Source: a virus
IMG/VR virus record: IMGVR_UViG_3300011116_000306
Location: 1 to 33,909 of that record
DNA length: 33,909 bases
Reading direction: 5' to 3' (one strand)
Numbering within the stretch: position 1 is the first letter of the stretch; every line of letters begins with the position of its first letter. Made by a program: the position numbers and the translations under genes. Shown one piece after another: positions 8,673-17,675 of the stretch. The notes beneath the pieces are model-generated. The model searched no databases. It was not told the DNA's origin and saw only the letters and a list, made by a program, of their open reading frames with translations.

Positions 8673-9762
8673 TTACACTGGCGCTGCACAAGCGCAAGCT
8701 GCTGCGTCTGCTCAAAATGTAATGACGCAGAACTATGCCAATCGTCCAAATGTTAATACGCCGTTTGGAACTCAATCGTGGCAGACTTCTGCTGGAACTG
8801 ATCCGTCCACTAGTCAGCAAGTAACCCAATGGACTCAAAATATTGGTCTGACGCCTGATTTGCAGTCAGCGTTGCAGTCTCAGATTGATACGCAGCTTGC
8901 TCGCAGCGATCTTGCTTCTGGTTTTGCCGGTAGGGTAGGGGAAGCCTATAAGCAGCCGTTTGATTGGCAAAACCTTCCTGCAATGACTTCAGCCGGGACG
9001 CCTGGGCAACTGCAAACGCAGACCGCCGATTATGCGCCTGGCCTTACTACGTCATATAATTTTGGTGGAGCTACCGCACTTCCAACTTATGACACTGGAT
9101 ATAGAGACAAAATCGCTCAGTCTCTTGTCGAGCGCATGGCTCCAATGCAGCAATACCAGCAGTCACAGTTGGAAACGCAGCTTTCCAATCAAGGCTTCAA
9201 ACAAGGCTCCGAAGCGTATAAACGCGCTCTAGACCAACTTGCCCAAAGGCAGTCTGCCGAAAGATACAATGCTTTTGATGTGGCTGGACAAGAAGCGTCC
9301 AGGCAGTTTGGAAGTGCTTTGCAGGGTAGGCAGCAGGGTGTTTCTGAAGCTATGGCTCAAGGCAACTTGCAAAATCAAGCTTTGGGTCAGGCTGCTGGAC
9401 TTGATCTTTCTCGCATGGGCGCAATGAACCAGGCGCAAGCGCAGGAATACGCGCTTAATCAGCAATATGCCAATATGCAAAACCAGTTGCGTCAACAGGC
9501 TATTGCAGAACAGGCGCAGCAGCGCGGAATGAGCCTTAACGAAATGAACGCGCTTTTGTCTGGTCAGCAAGTTCAAATGCCTCAATTCCCTTCGTTCGCT
9601 TTGTCTAGCCAAGCTCAGACGCCCGATCTTTTGGGCGCAGCGCAATCTCAATACAAAGCTGCTCTTGATGCGTATAATGCAAAACAAGGGGCTATGGGTG
9701 GATTGTTTGGCGGCCTAACAAGCCTTGGGTCAGCCTATTTGGGCAACCCATTTGCATTTTAG
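8641..9762 (+). CDS. Gln/Ala-rich internal virion (ejection-type) protein candidate (373 aa)
   Basis: GGAGAAG SD. Low-complexity Q/A-rich sequence with a Gly-zipper-like C-terminus GAMGGLFGGLTSLGSAYLGNPFAF. Its 5' end overlaps the GNAT gene by 32 nt. Confidence 0.5.
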   Translation: MGSKATPAPPDYTGAAQAQAAASAQNVMTQNYANRPNVNTPFGTQSWQTSAGTDPSTSQQVTQWTQNIGLTPDLQSALQSQIDTQLARSDLASGFAGRVGEAYKQPFDWQNLPAMTSAGTPGQLQTQTADYAPGLTTSYNFGGATALPTYDTGYRDKIAQSLVERMAPMQQYQQSQLETQLSNQGFKQGSEAYKRALDQLAQRQSAERYNAFDVAGQEASRQFGSALQGRQQGVSEAMAQGNLQNQALGQAAGLDLSRMGAMNQAQAQEYALNQQYANMQNQLRQQAIAEQAQQRGMSLNEMNALLSGQQVQMPQFPSFALSSQAQTPDLLGAAQSQYKAALDAYNAKQGAMGGLFGGLTSLGSAYLGNPFAF

Positions 9763-9780
9763 TGATTCTGGAGAAGTAAC

Positions 9781-10230
9781 ATGGCAAATGGTTTCTTTTA
9801 TCCTGGTATGGGTTTTGACCAATCTCAGTTTAATACGCTTCTAGATTTAGGTGCGCTTAGTCCGCAGGAAGAACAGTTGATGCGGAAACAGGCGATGATT
9901 GAACAACTGCGTCAATCTTCTATGGAACCTAGCAAGACTCAAATGTATGGAGATATTGCTGTTGCTCCGTCATGGGCTGAACATCTGTCAAAACTGGGAC
10001 AGGCGTATATGGCTAGAAAAGGCTTTGAAAAAGCCGGGGCAGCCGCGCAAGACATTTATGGACGCAAAAGCGATATTTTGAAAAAAGCTCAATCTAGTCT
10101 TGGCGGTACTCAAGACAATGTTTCTGGAGGCACTCCAAGCATGCGGGCGCGTTATAAAATGCAGATGGGTATGCCTTTGACTGAAGAAGAAAAGGCTGCT
10201 CTTGGCATGTCTGGCGGCGGTCAGATTTAG
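9781..10230 (+). CDS. Hypothetical virion protein (149 aa)
   Basis: ORF with GGAGAAG SD in the late operon. Confidence 0.55.
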   Translation: MANGFFYPGMGFDQSQFNTLLDLGALSPQEEQLMRKQAMIEQLRQSSMEPSKTQMYGDIAVAPSWAEHLSKLGQAYMARKGFEKAGAAAQDIYGRKSDILKKAQSSLGGTQDNVSGGTPSMRARYKMQMGMPLTEEEKAALGMSGGGQI

Positions 10231-10241
10231 GGGATTTTGTT

Positions 10242-11357
10242 ATGGCGATGATTAATTTTCCTATGGGAAATGAAAGCAGTTTACTTGATGAAATTCAAAA
10301 GTATCTTGCTCGTAATCCCACTAATCAGACCGTTCCTACTGCTGCACAAAATACCCCTATGCCGCAACAGAACGCGCCTGTTGTAAGCCGTAGTGCATTG
10401 CCGTCTGGTTTGTCTTATTTGCAACGCGCTTTGGCTCTGACGCAAGAACAGCCGGATATGGCGTCTTTGCAGGAATACGCTCGCAATCGCCAAGCGCAAG
10501 GTCAACAGTCAATGCTTAATGCGTTAGCTGCTGGAATTGCTGGTCCTCAGTATCAAGGATTGCAGCAAAGTTATCTGCGCCGCGCTATGGCTGCTCAAGA
10601 ACCTGAACAAATCGGTCCTGGCATGGCTTACGGCGGGAAGTATATCAGCGATCCTTATGCTGGCAAAAAAGAACAGGCCAATATTCTTGCTGAAACTGGA
10701 AAAGAATTATTCAGGGCTGAATCTGAAGCTGCAAAAGCTGAAGCAGCAGATAAGCGTCTTGAAATGATGTATAGCCCTGAACGACTAACACCAGGCGAGA
10801 GGCAGCAAAGCGCCAGGAGAGTGATGCAATATGGGGAAAAGGCTGATTCCGCCAGACAAACTATTTCTTTAATTCCTACTATGGAAAGAGCATTGCAAGA
10901 TGCTCCACAAGGATATTTTGGGCCATTAATTGCTAAGACTGCAAGCATAGCTTCAGGTCTTGGCATATCAAAAGCAGATAAGTTAACTGCTGCCGATCAA
11001 TTAGCAGATGCAATTTCTAAACAATTTGGTATTGCAAAATTGTCTGACATTGGCGGGAACGACACAGATCGAGAACTTATTACTGCAATTTCGACTACTT
11101 ACAATGGACAAAACTTAAAAGAAGTTAATAAAGAACTATTGAAGGTATTAAAACAAGCTGCTGATAGAGGTATTGATGCGTTCAACGAAGCGCAAAGATG
11201 GTCAGTTAAGAACAAAAGTGTTTTAAGACCTAATGAAGAAGGACTAACTCTTGATGAATATCTTAAAAATAAATATGAAAACATAAATGCTTCGGTAACG
11301 CCGACACAAAATATGGATTACGGCGCTCCTCCTGCTGGCGCTGTGCGTAGGAAGTAA
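10242..11357 (+). CDS. Hypothetical internal virion protein (371 aa)
   Basis: ORF with AGGGGA SD. Q/A-rich helical sequence. Confidence 0.55.
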   Translation: MAMINFPMGNESSLLDEIQKYLARNPTNQTVPTAAQNTPMPQQNAPVVSRSALPSGLSYLQRALALTQEQPDMASLQEYARNRQAQGQQSMLNALAAGIAGPQYQGLQQSYLRRAMAAQEPEQIGPGMAYGGKYISDPYAGKKEQANILAETGKELFRAESEAAKAEAADKRLEMMYSPERLTPGERQQSARRVMQYGEKADSARQTISLIPTMERALQDAPQGYFGPLIAKTASIASGLGISKADKLTAADQLADAISKQFGIAKLSDIGGNDTDRELITAISTTYNGQNLKEVNKELLKVLKQAADRGIDAFNEAQRWSVKNKSVLRPNEEGLTLDEYLKNKYENINASVTPTQNMDYGAPPAGAVRRK

Positions 11358-11359
11358 AC

Positions 11360-13075
11360 ATGCCTACATTTGATGTAGATGTTGAAGGATCGACGTATGA
11401 AGTAGATGCGCCAGATGAGCGCACTGCTTGGGCGTGGGCCAACATTGAACATAAGAAGCAAAAAGAAAGCGTTACTCAGGACGTTGAAAAAATGCGTCAG
11501 GGTAGCTCCATTGAGCGTTTTGGACAGGGTGCATTGGCTAATGTTGAAAACATTGGCTATGGCCTAAAAGGACTGGTTTCCGATCTTACGCCAGAACAGC
11601 GGCGTGATGTTGCCGTAAACAAGGCTTTTCTTGAAGGCGTAAAGGGCGAAGGTATCAGGGCTGAAAATCTTGGTTCTCTTGCTGCTGATGTTGCTTCATT
11701 TGCCGCACCTGGCGGTTTGGCCGTAAAAGGCGCTCGGATGCTTCCTGCCGCTATGAAGTTGGCAAAGGCGGCTCCAATTCTTGCGCCTTTAGCTGGAGAA
11801 ACGGCGCTTGGTGCTGGTTTGTCTGCTGCTTATTCGCCTGAAGATCGTGGACAAGCTGCAATGTTTGGCGGCGCTGGTGGTGCGGCTGGATATGGGTTGA
11901 CTAGGGCTTTGGGTGAAGTTGCTGGTGGTGTTATAACCCCGACTGAAGAAGCAAAGCAGCTTATGGAGCAAGGGGTAAATGTTCCTGTATGGAAAGCAAC
12001 AGCAAACAGATTGCTGCGGGGTGCGGTAGAAAGAGCCAAAGCACTTCCAATAACAAAATCGTTTGTTTCTGGACAAGAGCGCGCCGCGCTCGAAAACGTA
12101 AACAAGAACTGGTTTGCTAAAGCAACCCCTCCATCTCCTGTTCTTGATGAAGCTGGAGGCGTATTGCGTTGGGAAACTGATAAGCCTGTAACAAGTATTG
12201 GTTCAGAAGGATTACAGGAATTAACTGATAAATTTGATGATGCTTACAAAGCCTTATACAAAGGGCGCGTAATTCCTGTTGATGATGCTTATAAACAAGA
12301 AATTCTTTCTACCACAAAAGACGTTAAAAAATATTATCCAAGAGTTTCTGAAGAATTTAATGCTGCTGTTACTCAAGCTGATGATTTGCTCAGAGAAGGA
12401 ACGCGCCCGTTCCGTGATCCTATTACTGGACAAATTAGAAAAGGGCGCGAAGGCGTTTCTCCTGAAGCAATTAAAGTTTCTATTGATTCTCTAAATAAGA
12501 GAATTACCGAAGCCTGGAATAGAGGTGAGGCTAATTTAGCTGAATCTTTAAGCGGCGTAAGGGACTCTTTAACTGATTTGCGTGTCAGGGGTTTGCCGCC
12601 TGAAGTCGCAAGCATGGCAAAGCCAATCAACGCGGCTTATGCAAACTTTAAACAGCTTCAAAAAGCTGCTCAATCTCCTGTAGTTCAGCGTGAAGGGATA
12701 ATTACGCCCGACAGGATGCTTTCAGCAATTAGATCAACCGATATAACTCCCGGTAAATCTGCTTTTGCAAGAGGCGCTGCGCGTAACCAGCCCGATGTTG
12801 TTTCGGCAGCTAAAGTATTAGGTAGTGAATTGCCAAATGTCGGACCTGGGACGGCTGAAAAATTATTGTTTCCTGGTATGTTAATGACTCCAAGTATTTT
12901 GGGTGCTGATTTTGGCATTGGTGCGGGATTGGCTGCGGCCACTAGTGCGCCTGGTCAAAGATTTCTATTAGGCGGATATGGTTATCAAAAGGCTTTACAA
13001 GATGCTTTGCGGCAAAATATCGCTCCGTATGCAGGAGTAGGCGGCGGCTTTCTTGGATATAAATATTCTAAATAG
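11360..13075 (+). CDS. Hypothetical internal virion protein (571 aa)
   Basis: ORF with AGGAAG SD. Has Gly/Ala-rich hydrophobic stretches. Assignment is by position before the tail fibre. Confidence 0.55.
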   Translation: MPTFDVDVEGSTYEVDAPDERTAWAWANIEHKKQKESVTQDVEKMRQGSSIERFGQGALANVENIGYGLKGLVSDLTPEQRRDVAVNKAFLEGVKGEGIRAENLGSLAADVASFAAPGGLAVKGARMLPAAMKLAKAAPILAPLAGETALGAGLSAAYSPEDRGQAAMFGGAGGAAGYGLTRALGEVAGGVITPTEEAKQLMEQGVNVPVWKATANRLLRGAVERAKALPITKSFVSGQERAALENVNKNWFAKATPPSPVLDEAGGVLRWETDKPVTSIGSEGLQELTDKFDDAYKALYKGRVIPVDDAYKQEILSTTKDVKKYYPRVSEEFNAAVTQADDLLREGTRPFRDPITGQIRKGREGVSPEAIKVSIDSLNKRITEAWNRGEANLAESLSGVRDSLTDLRVRGLPPEVASMAKPINAAYANFKQLQKAAQSPVVQREGIITPDRMLSAIRSTDITPGKSAFARGAARNQPDVVSAAKVLGSELPNVGPGTAEKLLFPGMLMTPSILGADFGIGAGLAAATSAPGQRFLLGGYGYQKALQDALRQNIAPYAGVGGGFLGYKYSK

Positions 13076-13087
13076 GAGTAATAATTA

Positions 13088-15160
13088 ATGCCGCGCAATG
13101 GATCAGGGACTTATACGCTTCCCGTTGGCAATCCAGTTGAGCCAAATACCGTTATCGAAGCTGAATGGGCTAATACAACGCTCGATGATATTGGCAATGA
13201 GATTACGGATTCGCTATCGCGTACAGGCGAAGGCGGTATGCTTGCGCCTTTGCGTTTTTATGCCGGTACGGCTGGTGTCCCTGGCATTGGTTGGCTTGAT
13301 GAAACCAGCAGCGGTTTTTATAGGTCTGGCGCTGGTGAATTTTGGGCAACTGTTCTTGGTACAGAAGTTGTCCAATTCTCGGATACGGGCGTTTTAATTC
13401 CTGCTGGCGTCGATCTTACTGTAGAAGGCAACGTAGACTTCCAGGGTACGTTTGACGTACTTGGAAACTTTGAAGTTAATACAGATAAGTTTGTAGTTAC
13501 GGCGGCATCCGGCAACACCACGATTGCCGGAACGCTTGGAGTAACAGGACTTATTACGGCGACAGGTGGTGTAAACGGCGCTGTTACGTCATCGTCAGTA
13601 ACAATTACTGGCGGAACAATTAATAGCACCAGCATTGGGGCCACAACTGCATCAAGCGGCGCGTTTACTACGCTTTCCGCTTCTGGGGCTTTTAGTCTTA
13701 CTGGCGATCAGGTGCAAGTCAGCGAAGGCGGCACTGGCGCAACAACGGCGGCTGGAGCCAGGTCTGCCATTTTGCCGTCATACTCCACCAACGCGCTTAA
13801 ATTCCTGCGCGTTAATTCTGGTGCAACTGACGTTGAATGGGCGGCAGAACCTAGCCTTGGGACGGTTACAAGTGTTGATGTTTCCGGCGGCACTACTGGT
13901 CTAACTAGCTCTGGTGGCCCCGTTACCACAAGCGGAACAATTACGCTTGCTGGTACTTTGGTGGTCGGAAATGGCGGTACTGGCGTAACTACGCTTACCG
14001 GCCTTGTTAAAGGCAACGGCACTAGTGCGTTTAGTGCTGCTACTGCCGGTACAGATTACATTGCACCAGGCGGCGCTCTTGGTACTCCGTCTAGCGGTAC
14101 TTTGACAAATTGTACCAGTTTGCCGCTATCGACCGGTGTCACTGGGACGCTTGCGGCTACTAATGGCGGCACAGCGCAAAGCACTTGGACTACGGGCGAT
14201 CTTCTTTATGCAAGTGCATCAAATACGCTTTCAAAGCTTGGTATTGGAACTTCAGGCCAGATTTTAAAAGTATCCGGCGGTTTGCCATCTTGGGCTACTG
14301 ATACTTCTAGCGGAACCGTAACTAGTATTGATGTGTCTGGTGGCACGACCGGATTAACTACTTCCGGTGGACCTGTAACTTCTAGCGGCACCATTACGTT
14401 GGCTGGAACTCTTGCTGTAGCCAATGGGGGTACGGGTCAAACTTCTTATACTGATGGTCAGCTTCTTATTGGCAAAAGCACTGGCAATACGCTAGCTAAA
14501 GCTACTCTTACGGCTGGCTCTGGCATTACCATCACCAATGGAAGCGGCACTATCACCATCGCCTCAACGGCTGGCGGCGGAAGTGTAACGAGTGTTGCTC
14601 AGAGCTTTACTGGCGGTCTTATTTCTGTTTCTGGATCGCCAATTACGACTTCTGGAACGCTGGCATTGACTGTTGCCGGGACCAGCGGCGGGATACCCTA
14701 TTTTAGCAGCGCGTCGGCTTGGGCTTCGTCAGCCGCGCTTACTCAATATGGTGTTGTTTATGGTGGGGGCGCTGGCGCTGCTCCGTCCTCAACTGCAAAC
14801 GGTACGACCGGCCAAGTTCTGACTGCCACAACTGGTAGTGCGCCAACCTGGCAAACTCCTGCTACTCCTGCCGCGCTTTACACGACGACTACAATCACAG
14901 GCGCTACAAATGCGGCTGTGAGTACTGCGTATAGAGCAACAACGGCTGCGTACACCGTCACGCTTCCGACGATGGCAACAAACGATTGGGTTGTGGTTGG
15001 CCGAGATCAAACCGCAGGTAACACTACGATTGGCCGCAATAGCCAAACCATTGACGGCGCTGCGGAAAATTTTGTGATTGATGTAGACAAAGTGATCGTC
15101 CTGTTCATCTGCACCGGCAGCGGAACAGTGGTAACTCGTTTAATAGGACAACTGCCATGA
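13088..15160 (+). CDS. Tail fibre protein (690 aa) with internal repeats
   Basis: N-terminus MPRNGSGTYTLPVGNPVEPNTVIEAEWANTTLDDIGNEITDSLSRTGEGGM is typical of phage tail-fibre N-terminal domains. The rest is Gly/Thr/Ser-rich, with recurrent (A/G)NGGTG motifs. Confidence 0.8.
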   Translation: MPRNGSGTYTLPVGNPVEPNTVIEAEWANTTLDDIGNEITDSLSRTGEGGMLAPLRFYAGTAGVPGIGWLDETSSGFYRSGAGEFWATVLGTEVVQFSDTGVLIPAGVDLTVEGNVDFQGTFDVLGNFEVNTDKFVVTAASGNTTIAGTLGVTGLITATGGVNGAVTSSSVTITGGTINSTSIGATTASSGAFTTLSASGAFSLTGDQVQVSEGGTGATTAAGARSAILPSYSTNALKFLRVNSGATDVEWAAEPSLGTVTSVDVSGGTTGLTSSGGPVTTSGTITLAGTLVVGNGGTGVTTLTGLVKGNGTSAFSAATAGTDYIAPGGALGTPSSGTLTNCTSLPLSTGVTGTLAATNGGTAQSTWTTGDLLYASASNTLSKLGIGTSGQILKVSGGLPSWATDTSSGTVTSIDVSGGTTGLTTSGGPVTSSGTITLAGTLAVANGGTGQTSYTDGQLLIGKSTGNTLAKATLTAGSGITITNGSGTITIASTAGGGSVTSVAQSFTGGLISVSGSPITTSGTLALTVAGTSGGIPYFSSASAWASSAALTQYGVVYGGGAGAAPSSTANGTTGQVLTATTGSAPTWQTPATPAALYTTTTITGATNAAVSTAYRATTAAYTVTLPTMATNDWVVVGRDQTAGNTTIGRNSQTIDGAAENFVIDVDKVIVLFICTGSGTVVTRLIGQLP
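13859..13984 (+). repeat. Tail-fibre repeat copy 1 (GTVTSVDVSGGTTGLTSSGGPVTTSGTITLAGTLVVGNGGTG)
   Basis: 42-aa block repeated 151 aa downstream. Conserved at protein level, diverged at synonymous DNA positions. Confidence 0.8.
14312..14437 (+). repeat. Tail-fibre repeat copy 2 (GTVTSIDVSGGTTGLTTSGGPVTSSGTITLAGTLAVANGGTG)
   Basis: See copy 1. A degenerate third copy (GSVTSVAQSFTGGLISVSGSPITTSGTLALTVAGTSGG) begins near 14579. Confidence 0.8.
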
Positions 15161-15822
15161 CGAATTTCAGCACCCTATATCCGCCTACCGGGGCCAGCGG
15201 CCTCTTTGCGAACCTGAACCCGCCTCACTACATCACCAATGCTTATTACCGTCCGATTGGCTATGGGGTGATGGGTGGGGCGACCGGCACAAACATGACG
15301 GCCACCAGGGTCTATTACTTCCCGCTTGCGATCTGGGAGAATCACACGTTTTCTGGTGCGTCGGTTTACAACTCAGGCACATCCGACAACGGCAAAAAAT
15401 ATCGTCTGATGGTTTTCAATGAGGCATCCGGTGGAGGCCCAGGAACCTTGGCGAAAGACTTTGGCGAAATCACTCTTACCGGCGCGGCGGCGCTGCGTAC
15501 CCTTTCATCATCCTGGGCGGCAACAGCTGGCATGTATTGGGGCGCTGTTTGGGCCGAACAAGATTCAGCCATGTATGCAATGCTGCCTTGGAATTATTTG
15601 AGCGCCGTTGGAACACTTTCTGGCCCGCAAATTGACAATTTCACCGGATCACTCAGCACTGGGCTCATCAACGGAAACTCAACAATGGCCACAACAATGT
15701 ATGTAGACACCACCTACGGGGCGGCTCCCGCAAGTGCTGTAGCTCCCACATCTTCATTGCTTTATCCGCCCAGTGCCACAGGGAGTTTCCTGGCTGGCCC
15801 GTGCTTCTGGCTGAAAGGTTAA
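15157..15822 (+). CDS. Hypothetical protein (221 aa), tail-fibre-associated (possible distal or receptor-binding component)
   Basis: ATGA overlap with the tail-fibre stop. Gly/Ala/Ser/Thr-rich. GC content is higher than in the head genes. Confidence 0.5.
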   Translation: MTNFSTLYPPTGASGLFANLNPPHYITNAYYRPIGYGVMGGATGTNMTATRVYYFPLAIWENHTFSGASVYNSGTSDNGKKYRLMVFNEASGGGPGTLAKDFGEITLTGAAALRTLSSSWAATAGMYWGAVWAEQDSAMYAMLPWNYLSAVGTLSGPQIDNFTGSLSTGLINGNSTMATTMYVDTTYGAAPASAVAPTSSLLYPPSATGSFLAGPCFWLKG

Positions 15823-15825
15823 GTT

Positions 15826-16089
15826 ATGGAACTCGTTTATGAAGCCGACAAACTCGTTGAAGTGAGGATTGGATATCCTTGCCTTCAATCAAAGCTGACG
15901 CCTAACGAAAAAATGGCGTTTTTTGCTTGCGACACTCCAAACGCTGTTGTTTGGCAAAATGTTGATTGGCTGGAAAAAAATTCCGTTAATCCCGACGGTA
16001 CGCCAAAGACCACGCTCGCCCTGACAGTGCAGAGCATGGTCACGGAGGGCCTCATCACCCAGGCCCGCGCCGACGAAATCTTGAGCTAG
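15826..16089 (+). CDS. Hypothetical protein (87 aa)
   Basis: ORF with AAAGG SD, 3 nt after the previous stop. Confidence 0.5.
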   Translation: MELVYEADKLVEVRIGYPCLQSKLTPNEKMAFFACDTPNAVVWQNVDWLEKNSVNPDGTPKTTLALTVQSMVTEGLITQARADEILS

Positions 16090-16191
16090 ATTAACAACGA
16101 AGAAACGTGCCGGTGGCAAGCGCCCGTCCCAATGCCTGATGACGGGAAAGCCCACGATTGGAACGAGCAGACTTTGAACTGGACATAACAA

Positions 16192-16380
16192 ATGACCGAT
16201 CCAGCCGTTACAGAAACACGCCTGAGCGTCCACGAACAAGTATGCGCTGAACGCTATGCTGATATTAAAGAAGCATTTAAGGCTGTTAATGAACGGCTGG
16301 ATAATGTCGTTTACGGTATCATTGGCTTGCTAATAGCAATGGTGGCTTGGCTTTTGGTTAATGGCGTACCTTGGAAATGA
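16192..16380 (+). CDS. Small tail-anchored membrane protein (62 aa), lysis-cassette member (holin/antiholin candidate)
   Basis: Single C-terminal hydrophobic helix VVYGIIGLLIAMVAWLLVNGV. Overlaps the start of the peptidase gene. No clear SD. Confidence 0.45.
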   Translation: MTDPAVTETRLSVHEQVCAERYADIKEAFKAVNERLDNVVYGIIGLLIAMVAWLLVNGVPWK

Positions 16381-16811
16381 AGGCTGTCCTTGAACGCCTT
16401 GAGAGTTCCGACCAAGGCACGTTTGGGCGCATCACCTTTGGCAATACCACGCTGTTTACCGGCGAGCTTCCAGAACGCGACAATGCTTCAAACACATCTT
16501 GCATACCGGCTGGCAAATATACTTGCCGCTGGACATTTTCAAATGCGTTTAAACGCACAATGTATTTGGTAGATAACGTACCTAATCGCGCCGGTATACG
16601 CATCCACAGCGCAAACTTCATGGGCGATAACCCGCCATACAAGAAACAATTACACGGCTGCATAGCTTTAGGCGAACGCTTGGGCATTATGGACGGTCAG
16701 AAAGCAGTTCTTTTGTCTGCTCCAGCCGTCAGAAAGCTCGAATCAGCCATGAACCAGCAGCCATTTGAATTGGAGATAGTCGATGCTAGGGCTTCTGGGA
16801 TCAATATTTAG
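16371..16811 (+). CDS. Putative endolysin, DUF5675-like with L,D-transpeptidase (YkuD) fold (146 aa)
   Basis: Contains GTFGRI...SCIPAGKYTC...VPNRAGIRIHSANFMGDNPPYKKQLHGCIALG. H-x15-HGC fits the YkuD active-site pattern H-x(14-17)-[ST]-HGC, except Leu replaces Ser/Thr. Flanked by membrane-protein genes. Confidence 0.6.
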   Translation: MEMKAVLERLESSDQGTFGRITFGNTTLFTGELPERDNASNTSCIPAGKYTCRWTFSNAFKRTMYLVDNVPNRAGIRIHSANFMGDNPPYKKQLHGCIALGERLGIMDGQKAVLLSAPAVRKLESAMNQQPFELEIVDARASGINI

Positions 16812-17334
16812 CGGCGGTTTGACGGGTCTGCTTGGCGTAGCGTTTCAACGCTTCTTCGACTTCCTGAAGGTAAAGCAGGAAATTGAAATGAAGAAGCTCG
16901 ACCATGAACACGAAGCCAATATGCGTAAGATCGACGGCGAACTTATGGCCCAGGAATGGGCTGCGCGTACTCAGGTAGCAACGATTGAAGCCACGGCTAG
17001 AGAAACGGTAGCCGCAGAAACGTCTTTTGCCGCGTCGTTTAACAGCGAACCAAAGCAATATAGCGCCAAAGTTAAGCTTGGACCTGTAACCGGGTTCTTG
17101 CTGGTGCTGCTGGACTTCCTGCGCGGCATTGTGCGTCCTGGCCTGACGATCTATTTGTGCGTCATTACAACTATGATCTATGTGGAAGCCAGAGCCATTA
17201 TGGCTAACGTATCATTCTCTACTGCTGATGCTATGGCCGTACACGACCACATCATTAGCACCATCCTTTATCTCACTACGACTTGCGTATTGTGGTGGTT
17301 TGGTACGCGCAATTCACAGAAGGCACCTAAGTAA
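16783..17334 (+). CDS. Putative holin (183 aa), resembling the 3-TM GTA-type holin family (PF11351/DUF3154)
   Basis: Gly-rich N-terminus MLGLLGSIFSGGLTGLLG, a charged helical segment, then hydrophobic helices (VTGFLLVLLDFL, LTIYLCVITTMIYV, IISTILYLTTTCVLWWF). GGAGA SD. Confidence 0.5.
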   Translation: MLGLLGSIFSGGLTGLLGVAFQRFFDFLKVKQEIEMKKLDHEHEANMRKIDGELMAQEWAARTQVATIEATARETVAAETSFAASFNSEPKQYSAKVKLGPVTGFLLVLLDFLRGIVRPGLTIYLCVITTMIYVEARAIMANVSFSTADAMAVHDHIISTILYLTTTCVLWWFGTRNSQKAPK

Positions 17335-17675
17335 TGGAAACTGAAACCGCAAAAGAAGCTGCCAGCCGATTTATCGGCAAATGGGGTGTGCCGATGATCG
17401 TGTTCCTGGTATGCGTTGGCGTATTTGCGGCAACCATCCTGCCGTCAGAAGCGTTAACGCCGGTAGTTGGTCTTGTGTCCACGGCGGCTATGGCACTGAT
17501 TGGCATTTTGACCGGCATCACCGGCACGGCAGACAAGCCGGAAAAGCCTGAGTTCAAAGTCATCGAGGGACTTATTGCGCGATTGGATAAAACAGAAGCG
17601 CCAATGCGGGTTACGATTGATGGCGACGTTGTGACGGTCACTAAGGGCGACGACGTTATTACGACGAAGAAGTGA
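17334..17675 (+). CDS. Membrane protein (113 aa, two predicted TM helices), lysis-cassette member
   Basis: Hydrophobic helices VPMIVFLVCVGVFAATIL and VVGLVSTAAMALIGILTGI. Start overlaps the previous stop (TAATG). No lipobox. Confidence 0.5.
   Translation: METETAKEAASRFIGKWGVPMIVFLVCVGVFAATILPSEALTPVVGLVSTAAMALIGILTGITGTADKPEKPEFKVIEGLIARLDKTEAPMRVTIDGDVVTVTKGDDVITTKK

Noticed and set aside
13859-14437. Possible diversity-generating retroelement (template/variable repeat pair) in the tail fibre
   Set aside because: There is no reverse transcriptase anywhere in the genome. Both repeats are inside the same ORF, and their differences involve all four bases at synonymous sites rather than adenine-specific changes.
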